A stretch of DNA of 64,000 nucleotides from sequence record MN871440.1; one strand, given 5' to 3'. A program made the translations under genes and the position numbers. Each line of letters opens with the position of its first letter. Position 1 is the first letter of the stretch. The notes under the pieces are model-generated. The model was not told where the DNA came from, did no database searches, and saw only the letters and a list, made by a program, of their open reading frames with translations. Shown here one piece after another: positions 15,082 through 23,402 of this stretch.

Positions 15082-15396
15082 ATGTTCATAAACAAAAATG
15101 ATTGCGAAAAATTAAAACGGTGGGCAGATAGCGCACGATTCAAATGGAATCAAGATATTGCTACCGTTGAAACTTATCTCAAAGTGAGAACTACCACAAT
15201 TGATATCCGATTCTCTTATTTGGATGTCCACGTGGCATTTGATCATATGTGGTGGGAAGATGGCGCCGTGTTCTGCGTTGAAACTGACATCGGAACGAAA
15301 GACATCGATACCATTATCAACGATCTGAATTCTAAGTTCGGGGATCGATTGAAAGCAAAGCTTGACGAACGCAAGAAAAAGAGCAAGATAGACTAA
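15082..15396 (+). CDS. hypothetical protein, probably frameshifted (continues in -1 frame to 15467)
   Basis: Paralog of 15469..15882; -1 frame carries the missing C-terminus. Confidence 0.65.
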   Translation: MFINKNDCEKLKRWADSARFKWNQDIATVETYLKVRTTTIDIRFSYLDVHVAFDHMWWEDGAVFCVETDIGTKDIDTIINDLNSKFGDRLKAKLDERKKKSKID

Positions 15397-15468
15397 ATCA
15401 AATTGCTCAAAGAGAGCAACAAGAACGCGAAACCTATCTTAAACTGAAAGAGAAATTCGGAGAATAAC

Positions 15469-15882
15469 ATGTTCAAAAGTGAAGATTGCAAACGTATCGT
15501 GACGAAAGTCGAGGAACTGCGGATTGATTGGAACGCAAAAGTTTCTCAGTTCCATGATAAAGATAACATTCGTAAGTTGACAGGCAAATATTTGAATGTT
15601 AACATGGATCTCGAAGATATGACGATTAGCGTCACGTATGAGACTGGCTGGGACGACGACTTCCACGTTTGTAGCATTGACGTAAATGTTGATGATCGGG
15701 AAATTGATGATGTTCTGGAAGATATCGAATCCGAGATTGCTCGTTCATTCCAGCATATCAAACAACGAGACGAAGAATATCGAGTCAAGAAAGAAGCGTG
15801 GGAAGCTAATCAGAAGCAACAACGCTTAGAACAATACAAGCGACTGCAAGCCGAATTCGGTCAAATTTCAACTCCAATGTAA
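15469..15882 (+). CDS. hypothetical protein
   Basis: SD GGAG; similar to upstream ORF. Confidence 0.8.
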   Translation: MFKSEDCKRIVTKVEELRIDWNAKVSQFHDKDNIRKLTGKYLNVNMDLEDMTISVTYETGWDDDFHVCSIDVNVDDREIDDVLEDIESEIARSFQHIKQRDEEYRVKKEAWEANQKQQRLEQYKRLQAEFGQISTPM

Positions 15883-15890
15883 GGATTAAA

Positions 15891-16178
15891 ATGCGAAACG
15901 TAAACGAGTTGGTCTATAACATCAAGACTTTCAAACAAGCTATTGTCGAACACGCGAATGAAATCAAAGTGAACGGTGATTCCAACTGGGAATCAAATGA
16001 TGCTATCATTGATGATGCTGGCAACGTGGAGTTCTGGTTTCACTCGCACAAAGGCGAAGGTGATCACTATCGTACCAGTTTGAATCTGAAACTGTTTACC
16101 GATGATCGTGTTATCGATCATCATTTGGCAAACTGTAAAACAGAGCTGAAAGAGAAAATCGAACATGATGGCGTCTGA
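15891..16178 (+). CDS. hypothetical protein
   Basis: SD AAGGA. Confidence 0.75.
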   Translation: MRNVNELVYNIKTFKQAIVEHANEIKVNGDSNWESNDAIIDDAGNVEFWFHSHKGEGDHYRTSLNLKLFTDDRVIDHHLANCKTELKEKIEHDGV

Positions 16179-16368
16179 AAATCTGACTCGAATTCTCAGA
16201 ACCATTGATTGCATCGGCTATGATGAAGTGAGTACAGATCCACAAGATCGACATGATTTCATTAGTCAGCATGATCATGTTGAGTTGTTGAAACGTGGAT
16301 ACAATTTCCACATAAGACAGATCAAACAGAACGGTTATCATGTTTTCTTGGTGATGTCAAATGTTTGA
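16165..16368 (+). CDS. hypothetical protein
   Basis: Overlap-coupled ORF. Confidence 0.65.
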   Translation: MMASENLTRILRTIDCIGYDEVSTDPQDRHDFISQHDHVELLKRGYNFHIRQIKQNGYHVFLVMSNV

Positions 16369-16681
16369 AATGCTCTATCTGCTGATAATCGGTCATTTTG
16401 TGGCCGATTACGTCTTGCAAACTGATAGCATTGCAAGAGGAAAGAATCCTATCAACTCACCGCTCTATGGAGTGCATTGGCTTTACTGGCTAACTGCGCA
16501 TAGTGCTACTCATGCGCTCGTTGTTTACATTGCAACCAAGAGCGTCTGGCTGAGTTTGACAGAGCTTGTAAGTCACTGGATCATCGATTATGCTAAGTGT
16601 AATGGCAAAATCGGATTACACCAAGATCAGGCGCTACATATTTTTTGTAAAATTTTGATTGCTGCCTGTTTTATCGCTTGA
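16361..16681 (+). CDS. DUF3307-like membrane protein
   Basis: GHFVADYVLQ; H..TH; SHWIIDY.K; DQALH. Confidence 0.85.
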   Translation: MFEMLYLLIIGHFVADYVLQTDSIARGKNPINSPLYGVHWLYWLTAHSATHALVVYIATKSVWLSLTELVSHWIIDYAKCNGKIGLHQDQALHIFCKILIAACFIA

Positions 16682-16714
16682 CAACTAAATCGATGTCTCT
16701 ATAATGGGGACATC
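16678..16714 (+). promoter_or_regulatory. early promoter, -10 inside inverted repeat
   Basis: TTGACA-N16-TATAAT; GATGTCTC/GGGACATC. Confidence 0.8.
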
Positions 16715-16732
16715 AACTAAGAGGAAGTTAAT

Positions 16733-17209
16733 ATGAGTATGAAAGCTTTGGCAAAACTGTTGTTCCCGAATACTTATACCGCAATCGTAGAAGAAGGCAA
16801 GTGGGCTGGGATCGAACAGAAGCGCAAAGAGTACGAAGAACAGAAAGAGAAAGATCGTTTGATCATGCTTTCATACAAACGTCCTCTTGGTATTCCCATG
16901 ATCTCGTTTGATGGTTCTGGTAATGTTCGCGTCGTTGTTAACACGGATTACATGTATGACGGTGCCGTGACTAAATGTGTAGATCTGATTTCTGGTGAAG
17001 AGTTCATTGACTTCACTACTCAGATCCGATACAGTGAGGAATTCGCGGAGCTAGTCGCACGTAATCAGATCGAAGATGTTTACGCTTTGATTCATCGCGG
17101 TAACGCCAAGATCATGAAAATGAATCCGAATCGTGAGCCGTGTGTTCGTTTGAAATTCAAGCTGGCAGTGAAAAATTTCAACGAAAAGGGTTTACCTTCT
17201 AAGAAATAA
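16733..17209 (+). CDS. hypothetical protein
   Basis: SD GAGG. Confidence 0.8.
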   Translation: MSMKALAKLLFPNTYTAIVEEGKWAGIEQKRKEYEEQKEKDRLIMLSYKRPLGIPMISFDGSGNVRVVVNTDYMYDGAVTKCVDLISGEEFIDFTTQIRYSEEFAELVARNQIEDVYALIHRGNAKIMKMNPNREPCVRLKFKLAVKNFNEKGLPSKK

Positions 17210-17219
17210 GTGTTAAGAT
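17191..17219 (+). promoter_or_regulatory. promoter for the aberrant tRNA trio
   Basis: TTTACC-N17-TAAGAT. Confidence 0.6.
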
Positions 17220-17222
17220 AGT

Positions 17223-17353
17223 TTTGTTGTCGCGATTAGTTCAGTGGGAGAACACCTTTGATCGCAAAGAAGTATCGAGTACGGTTCGAATCCGTTATAG
17301 TGTGGGCACATCGAGAAACGTCGTTGGTTCGAATCCAACATCGCGACAACAAA
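17223..17353 (+). ncRNA. tRNA-like RNA with two T arms and 14-bp acceptor helix
   Basis: D arm; TTCGAAT hairpins 17281-17295 and 17323-17339; no anticodon arm; no CCA. Confidence 0.7.
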
Positions 17354-17364
17354 CAACATTATGC

Positions 17365-17478
17365 TGGCGGTTCGTCTAGTGGTAGGACACTGTAAAATTC
17401 ATTCTGACAAGAATGTTTTCCGCAATAAATAATCGCCTGTTAAGCCTGTAACGCTCGGTTCGAATCCGGCACCGCCAG
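17365..17478 (+). ncRNA. tRNA-Asn-like body with insertion in the anticodon arm
   Basis: TGGCGGT/ACCGCCA-G; D arm; insert 17394-17425; CT-GTT-AA 17437-17443. Confidence 0.7.
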
Positions 17479-17497
17479 CATAGTGTTGTGAAAATTT

Positions 17498-17617
17498 GGG
17501 GAAGTAGCTCAGTGGTAGAGCAGTAGACGCAAAAAGCGGAATCTGAGAAGATTCTTTACAGCAAGCCAACGCAAATTAAACTATTGGTCGCGGGTTCGAG
17601 TCCCGTCTTCCCCGCCA
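17498..17617 (+). ncRNA. tRNA body with ~50-nt insertion in the anticodon loop
   Basis: GGGGAAG/CTTCCCC-GCCA; perfect D and T arms; insert 17529-17575. Confidence 0.8.
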
Positions 17618-17667
17618 AAATCTGTCATTCGTGATAGTGTATTAAAAACCACCTGTAGGAAACAAAG

Positions 17668-17946
17668 ATGGAATTTCTGACTGAGAAAAAACTCCGCAAT
17701 CTGACCACCGAACGTCTGAATGCACTGCGTAAAACCGTGTTGAAGTCTCGCGCTGCTGCACAATATCATGCAGACAATCAAGACTGTTCTGATGCGGATA
17801 TGGAACGCGCTCACAATCTGGCCGAGTATTACGATCTGATCAAGTCTATCATGGACGAACGTGAACACATCGAAAAACCGGTAAAAGACAAATCTCGCCC
17901 TCGTCGTGATGGACGTAACGTAAAACGTTCTTGGGATAGTGAGTGA
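17668..17946 (+). CDS. hypothetical protein
   Basis: SD AGGA. Confidence 0.75.
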   Translation: MEFLTEKKLRNLTTERLNALRKTVLKSRAAAQYHADNQDCSDADMERAHNLAEYYDLIKSIMDEREHIEKPVKDKSRPRRDGRNVKRSWDSE

Positions 17947-17963
17947 TCAGTTAAGATAAATTT

Positions 17964-18063
17964 AAGCCACCTTCGGGTGGCTTTTTTGTTTTTAGTGCTT
18001 GACGTTGATATCGTGATATGAGAATATAGCTACATCGAAACGAAACACTCTGAGGAAAACATC
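17964..18063 (+). promoter_or_regulatory. terminator plus promoter cassette
   Basis: AGCCACC-TTCG-GGTGGCT; TTGACG 17999; ATAGCTACATCGAAACGAAAC leader. Confidence 0.8.
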
Positions 18064-18318
18064 ATGACCTATATTCAAGAAGTTATCGCAACTCGCCCGG
18101 CAGACCACGAATTCAAATACATGCTGCTGAGTCGTATGAAATCCGATTGTGAGTTCTTTCTGGGATACGGCAATCGTTCTGAATCTCGTCTGTGGGCTGG
18201 TAGTGTTGATGAACAAATCGAAAGCATGAAAGCACTGTTCGAAAGCTTTGAAACCAAGCCTGAGTGGATCACCATGCAGATGATCGAGAAATACGAAACT
18301 GATATGAAGGCGGAATGA
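18064..18318 (+). CDS. hypothetical protein (common phage family)
   Basis: KYMLLSRMKSDCEFFLGYGNR. Confidence 0.8.
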   Translation: MTYIQEVIATRPADHEFKYMLLSRMKSDCEFFLGYGNRSESRLWAGSVDEQIESMKALFESFETKPEWITMQMIEKYETDMKAE

Positions 18319-18383
18319 TGAAAAATCAAAAACTCGTTAAACAAATGGATTAAGAGTACAAGAAGGCCGTTGGCCTTCTTCGT

Positions 18384-18710
18384 GTGACTTATTGGTCACA
18401 GATCATGAATCGTCGTATGCCCAGAGCATTCGAACTAGACCGACTCATGATGATTCTGAAAGGGTATTATTCGGATTTCTCCGATCAAGATGAAAGCTTT
18501 GTTCCTGTTACTATGATCGAGTTTCTGAAAAACGAAAAACGACCGTTCGGTAGTAAAGCAAAATGGCAGTCAATCGCTTATAATCTCGGTTGTGATTACG
18601 GTCGTTGTCTATGTTTCGATTTACTCGATTTGCCTGATTTTGTTGAACTCGAAGCCAAATCACTATATAATGGACTTATTGAACAATTGGAGAAACAAAA
18701 TGAACACTAA
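18384..18710 (+). CDS. hypothetical protein; upstream in-frame TAA at 18351
   Basis: Frame continues back to coupled ATG 18315/18318. Confidence 0.6.
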   Translation: MTYWSQIMNRRMPRAFELDRLMMILKGYYSDFSDQDESFVPVTMIEFLKNEKRPFGSKAKWQSIAYNLGCDYGRCLCFDLLDLPDFVELEAKSLYNGLIEQLEKQNEH

Positions 18711-19266
18711 AGCAACCGATAGCATTGCCGAAATGCTGAAAGAACACGGTGTCACGTTCCGTTATCGTGATATTATCACGGGGTCAGGCAATCCAAAGAA
18801 CGTTTACGCGATCTCTCAAGTAGTAGAAGGTCAATCGGTTTACCACGTTTGCTTCTTCGATCTTGATGGTAAGTTTGACGGGCGTTATCTGGGTCGAGTA
18901 CCGTTAGCATTTCTCTCGTCTCTACAAACGGATGATACCGTGCTGATTGACGTTGACGTACCGAACGAAAGTAACTGTGATTGGGTACACATTCGAGTTA
19001 CTGCTGATTCTCGCGGTACCAGCGCACAAAATAGTCCGGTTCGTATCCCGTCAGAAAACATGAAGAATGTTAACATCGTCAACGGAATGGTAACAACTTC
19101 CGTTTCTCAAGCGGTGTTGAAATCTGATGTTGAAGAAGCAACGGAGAAATTAGTTGAAATTGCTGCCAACTCGTTCTATACTCGAATGGTGATTGAGACT
19201 CGTCTTGATCGAGAAGAACGACTGAAAACTATCGCCGAAAAGTTAGGAGTAAAATATGTTTCTTAA
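18700..19266 (+). CDS. hypothetical protein
   Basis: SD GGAG, ATG 18700. Confidence 0.8.
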   Translation: MNTKATDSIAEMLKEHGVTFRYRDIITGSGNPKNVYAISQVVEGQSVYHVCFFDLDGKFDGRYLGRVPLAFLSSLQTDDTVLIDVDVPNESNCDWVHIRVTADSRGTSAQNSPVRIPSENMKNVNIVNGMVTTSVSQAVLKSDVEEATEKLVEIAANSFYTRMVIETRLDREERLKTIAEKLGVKYVS

Positions 19267-19483
19267 TGAAATGTTACCAGAAAATGCTCGCAATGGACTT
19301 CGGATTCAAGGTAAACCCAAGTCAATGAGCGACAATGATTTTAAAAATGCGCGTCGCGTTATGATGAACATGATTAAACATCATGATATCATCATGCGAC
19401 TGATTGAAGATGCTGCGTTTGAATGCAAAGATGACAACGAACTGACTGCATTATCTCAGATTCATCGAGATCTTACCGTATGA
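19256..19483 (+). CDS. hypothetical protein
   Basis: SD AGGAG. Confidence 0.75.
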   Translation: MFLNEMLPENARNGLRIQGKPKSMSDNDFKNARRVMMNMIKHHDIIMRLIEDAAFECKDDNELTALSQIHRDLTV

Positions 19484-19671
19484 TTCTATTCGGTTGGATT
19501 GTTCTTGTTGTCATTGCTGTTGTTGTATCTTTCGCTACCGCGTTTGGTGCATACGCTCAACTAGCATTGAGCGGCAAGATTGATATCGGTACTCTTATCC
19601 CAGTGGCAGCAAGTGGCGCGCTTTGGTACGCTGTTTGTGTAAACTGTCCATTCATATTAGTAATGAGCTAA
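19480..19671 (+). CDS. small membrane protein
   Basis: Two hydrophobic segments. Confidence 0.7.
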   Translation: MILFGWIVLVVIAVVVSFATAFGAYAQLALSGKIDIGTLIPVAASGALWYAVCVNCPFILVMS

Positions 19672-19680
19672 GGAAAATAA

Positions 19681-19938
19681 ATGATTGACACACGAATGAA
19701 AGTAGATGGCAAATGGAATTTCAGCATGGATAACGTTTGGTACGGGATTGTCATGTTGACCTGTTCTTTGTTCATCGCGTTGGAACTGCTGGCAACGTAT
19801 CTGGTATTTTCAAATACCGGCGAGTTTAGAATCGGTGGCTTGATGATCGGCGCGATTCTGGTAATCGAACTCGCAAACACTCGTCGTCTTGCCGATAAAC
19901 TGGCGGTTCGAGTAAAAGCACTGGAGAGCGGGAAGTAA
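19681..19938 (+). CDS. small membrane protein
   Basis: Two hydrophobic segments. Confidence 0.7.
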   Translation: MIDTRMKVDGKWNFSMDNVWYGIVMLTCSLFIALELLATYLVFSNTGEFRIGGLMIGAILVIELANTRRLADKLAVRVKALESGK

Positions 19939-19954
19939 TTCCCGCTTTTTGCTC

Positions 19955-20218
19955 ATGAATCTACTTAACTACTTCAAGCGCAAACCGAAACTCAAGAAGT
20001 ACGATGTCACCGTTTGTGTAAAACGTCGCGATTTTATGAGTTGCATTGTTCAAATCGGTGAGATAAAATTCACTATAGATTCCGCAGTCGAGCCACATGC
20101 CGACAAAATGCGAAATCATCAAGACGTTATCGACTGTATTCAAGCGGATTTGAAACGTCGAAACAAAGACTCAGACAACTACTGGTTAGAAGAATATCAC
20201 GAGGAAGTAAATGATTAA
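19955..20218 (+). CDS. hypothetical protein
   Basis: Co-oriented ORF. Confidence 0.6.
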   Translation: MNLLNYFKRKPKLKKYDVTVCVKRRDFMSCIVQIGEIKFTIDSAVEPHADKMRNHQDVIDCIQADLKRRNKDSDNYWLEEYHEEVND

Positions 20219-20852
20219 AGTAATCAAAGCAAGTGCTAATGGCGGTAAAACTACCAAAGCAATTGAAATCGCAATCGAAGAAGCAAAGAAAGGACGTCAT
20301 GTTGTTTTTCTGAACAACGAAGAAACTCAAGAAAGCCTGATTGAGAAAATGGCTGATATCGAAACTGACTTTGGCACTGGCGAGATCGCTGTTGGTGAGG
20401 TTGACGGATCTACTATGACATCTCTACAGGATGCAGTTCACAAAGCTGCGGTAGAGCTTGGCAGTCAGCGTAAAATCGATGTAATGGTACTGGACTTCTC
20501 CGGTTATGCTGATTTCAATGGCACAGAAGCTCGTTTGGAGCAACTTCGTTCTTATCTGAAACGAATTGAAGTTGTTCACGAAATCGATGTTATTTTCACG
20601 ATTCAAGTAATTCGTAAGACTAAAGGAGTAACTCGTCCGACTGTTACCGAGATCTGGAAAGATCGTGAAGTCAAGTCGAAAGACGGTAAAACTCCTCCGT
20701 GTTTTGATAACATTGATGTAGTTTCAATTGATGTAACTAAGGCGAGTCCGATGTTGCAACATCGAGAAACACAAACCGTTATCTATCAAGAATTGACTGG
20801 TAACTATATCGGCAAGTACGTCGATTTCAAATACTACGGTTTCAAAGCATGA
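20211..20852 (+). CDS. RecA/DnaB-like P-loop protein
   Basis: ASANGGKT; VVFLNNEE; VMVLDF. Confidence 0.6.
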   Translation: MIKVIKASANGGKTTKAIEIAIEEAKKGRHVVFLNNEETQESLIEKMADIETDFGTGEIAVGEVDGSTMTSLQDAVHKAAVELGSQRKIDVMVLDFSGYADFNGTEARLEQLRSYLKRIEVVHEIDVIFTIQVIRKTKGVTRPTVTEIWKDREVKSKDGKTPPCFDNIDVVSIDVTKASPMLQHRETQTVIYQELTGNYIGKYVDFKYYGFKA

Positions 20853-21214
20853 TTCATAAGCGCCTTGATGATCCAAAAATGAATCTCATTAACTATATGT
20901 CGAGTGGAATAACAGGCTATACGTTTTTGGGATTCATAGAAATTCAGAAAGACGATTATTGGGGCATGAAAGTTGGCGAACGGACCTTCGCCGCTTGTCA
21001 TTTGCTCAACGAACGTTCAAAATGGCCTGTTTCTGAGGAAGAAGAAAAAGAGCAAAAATTCATTGACAGCGGGCACAATACCGTTCTGTATTTCAAGGGA
21101 ACCGATAACACCAGTTATCTGAAACGATTCAAATCTAAAGATATGGCAATCAAATGGTTTTATAAAACCAAAGTTTTTATTACCGATAACTCCTCTTGCT
21201 GGGTGAATAGCTAA
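20849..21214 (+). CDS. hypothetical protein
   Basis: ATGA coupling. Confidence 0.75.
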   Translation: MIHKRLDDPKMNLINYMSSGITGYTFLGFIEIQKDDYWGMKVGERTFAACHLLNERSKWPVSEEEEKEQKFIDSGHNTVLYFKGTDNTSYLKRFKSKDMAIKWFYKTKVFITDNSSCWVNS

Positions 21215-21597
21215 TGAGAATAGAACGAATTCGAGATCACGACGAATATTGCGACATCGGAGAAGTAACACACGATTATGTGGAAGTAAGCAAAGAAGAG
21301 TTTGACAAACTGCGAGATCAAGCAGAAGATCGCGATGTCACTGGATTGTGTTCTCCTCCGATTGAGTTTCTTTATTCAAAAGAGCTTCATTCGGAAGGTT
21401 GTGAGATTCTTGGTAAAGCTTACCTCTATGAATCTGAGAAACGTCCGGGGGCGCCAGAAGAAAATCGGTATTTGAAGTTGACAGAAATGCCGAAACCATA
21501 TAAGCTGGTAACACTGATGAAAGATGATTTGACTCTGGAGCAACGTCGAGCTTATCGTGAACGAGTCAAATCTGGTTACTACAAAACAAAAGGATAA
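21214..21597 (+). CDS. hypothetical protein
   Basis: TAATG coupling. Confidence 0.75.
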   Translation: MRIERIRDHDEYCDIGEVTHDYVEVSKEEFDKLRDQAEDRDVTGLCSPPIEFLYSKELHSEGCEILGKAYLYESEKRPGAPEENRYLKLTEMPKPYKLVTLMKDDLTLEQRRAYRERVKSGYYKTKG

Positions 21598-21600
21598 GAA

Positions 21601-22134
21601 ATGTTTTATCGTATTTCGAACATCAAAGACGTTCCTACCGAACTGGTAGAGATCAACAAAATGGAAAAGCCGTACAAAGACGAAACTAACGGTATTATGT
21701 TTAAACCGTTCGCTCGTTTTGGTATCGGTTCTGGTAGTGATGCTTATTCCACTATCTATCGAACTGTTTCCGAAGACGGTAAAATGGAAATGCAGTTCCG
21801 TTTGTACGGCGCTTATGACGTCGAAGTGATTCGGTTTGATCTTACCAATGGTGTTTACAAAATCAGCCGTCATAACGTCAAATCGCTTGGGATGAGCCGC
21901 AAGCCAAATAGCAGTGGTTTGTTCTGCGTAAAAGACGCATATCGAATTGGTGTTGGTCCGACTCTTGCTATTGGTGATGGAGTTACCAGTCGAAATGGAA
22001 ACTGCAAAGTTCTTCTGATCACAGAGGACGCTGTTGTTCTTAGCGATGACAAGAACAAAACCATTCTGATTCGTAAGAACGATCTCGGCGCATTGGAAGC
22101 ACACGGTATCGGTTATATCGATGAACTGTTGTAA
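21601..22134 (+). CDS. hypothetical protein
   Basis: SD AAGGA. Confidence 0.8.
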   Translation: MFYRISNIKDVPTELVEINKMEKPYKDETNGIMFKPFARFGIGSGSDAYSTIYRTVSEDGKMEMQFRLYGAYDVEVIRFDLTNGVYKISRHNVKSLGMSRKPNSSGLFCVKDAYRIGVGPTLAIGDGVTSRNGNCKVLLITEDAVVLSDDKNKTILIRKNDLGALEAHGIGYIDELL

Positions 22135-22142
22135 TCACGATT

Positions 22143-22163
22143 AAGGGCCTTCGGGCCCTTTTT
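22143..22163 (+). terminator. intrinsic terminator
   Basis: AAGGGCC-TTCG-GGCCCTT-TTT. Confidence 0.88.
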
Positions 22164-22172
22164 GGAGATAAG

Positions 22173-22454
22173 ATGAAAGCATATGAAACGAGACACTACA
22201 TTGAACACCCAGTATTACATAATCGATTGTTGTATCTGCTTAACGTTCTGAACAACTACTATCCCAAATCCAAAAAGATAGCAGAATCACAGGAGTTCGC
22301 GAATTTCAAGAGCGACACTTATTGGTTGTTTGACAAGCTTTGTCCAGAGTTGAGCTGTGCCAACAGCGAAGATTTTGTAGAAAGTTTCAATCGCGAACGT
22401 CACGCGAAAGGATATTTTCAGATTTATGTGAGAATAATTCCTAAAGTCGCTTGA
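22173..22454 (+). CDS. hypothetical protein
   Basis: SD GGAG. Confidence 0.7.
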   Translation: MKAYETRHYIEHPVLHNRLLYLLNVLNNYYPKSKKIAESQEFANFKSDTYWLFDKLCPELSCANSEDFVESFNRERHAKGYFQIYVRIIPKVA

Positions 22455-22509
22455 CATCAAATTCAGTTCTGTTAAGATAGCTACATCGAAACAAACTGAG
22501 GAACAAATC
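22451..22509 (+). promoter_or_regulatory. early promoter
   Basis: TTGACA-N16-TAAGAT; AGCTACATCGAAAC leader. Confidence 0.8.
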
Positions 22510-22707
22510 ATGATGACTACCGCTGAACTGAAAGCAAAACGCGCCAAACGTGGATTCGCAACCGAGAAAGATGTTTTGATCGAATCTCATGCATTCGCAC
22601 AACGCGCACTGTCACAAGCTGTTATCATGGAACACGCCGAGAACATCGATCTGTTCCGCAGTAAAATCAAAGTTTACGAAACTCGTATTAACGAAATCAC
22701 AATCTAA
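22510..22707 (+). CDS. hypothetical protein
   Basis: SD GAGG. Confidence 0.7.
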   Translation: MMTTAELKAKRAKRGFATEKDVLIESHAFAQRALSQAVIMEHAENIDLFRSKIKVYETRINEITI

Positions 22708-22716
22708 GGAAATATT

Positions 22717-23334
22717 ATGGCTTATTATCTGAAACACCAAGTAACTCTTCCAAAAGTCGAATACAACTATATCCGACTGATTGATATGAAACCAGGAGAA
22801 TCGATTACGATTAAAGATCGCTCTTATGTCCTACTGAACATCGAGCGAACTGGCACCAATGTTGAGCCCGTATATAATCTGGAAGCAAGTGATGAACGTG
22901 TTTCTATGCGTATTGTCAACGGTAACGCTCTGATCACCCGAGTCAACAAAGTTAACTTCGGCATCACCAACGAAAGTATCGAAGTCGGGAAAATGGGCTG
23001 GGTGAAACGTGGTGGATTCTATTCCCACAAAGTAAGAAAAGTAATGAATCCTGGTCTGATTACCGGTCGTGCTATCATCGAAGGTGATATGATCGAACTG
23101 CACCGGAATAGCGGTACTCGGATCGAAGTTCTGAAAATGGGCGGTGAGCCTATGATCGACCCGATGACACAAGAATACATCCTGCTGAAAATTATCAGCA
23201 AAGACAACAGCAAAGATCAAGTTGTGTTACACTCTGTCAAATCCGAAATGGATGATTGCAACCTGCAACGTGTTGCTGGTGATGTTGTCTATGTCAACAA
23301 CTACATGGAATCAATTATTCCACATCGTCGTTGA
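22717..23334 (+). CDS. hypothetical protein
   Basis: SD AAGGA. Confidence 0.8.
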   Translation: MAYYLKHQVTLPKVEYNYIRLIDMKPGESITIKDRSYVLLNIERTGTNVEPVYNLEASDERVSMRIVNGNALITRVNKVNFGITNESIEVGKMGWVKRGGFYSHKVRKVMNPGLITGRAIIEGDMIELHRNSGTRIEVLKMGGEPMIDPMTQEYILLKIISKDNSKDQVVLHSVKSEMDDCNLQRVAGDVVYVNNYMESIIPHRR

Positions 23335-23402
23335 TTTACATAGAAAGTTGAAGTACAATCTGTGCCTATCGAGTAAGGCCCTTTTTCATTTATGAGGATA
23401 TC

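Noticed and set aside
17576-17580. Ochre suppressor (UUA) reading of the 17498 tRNA
   Set aside because: Depends on an arbitrary junction and register; most genes here end in TAA
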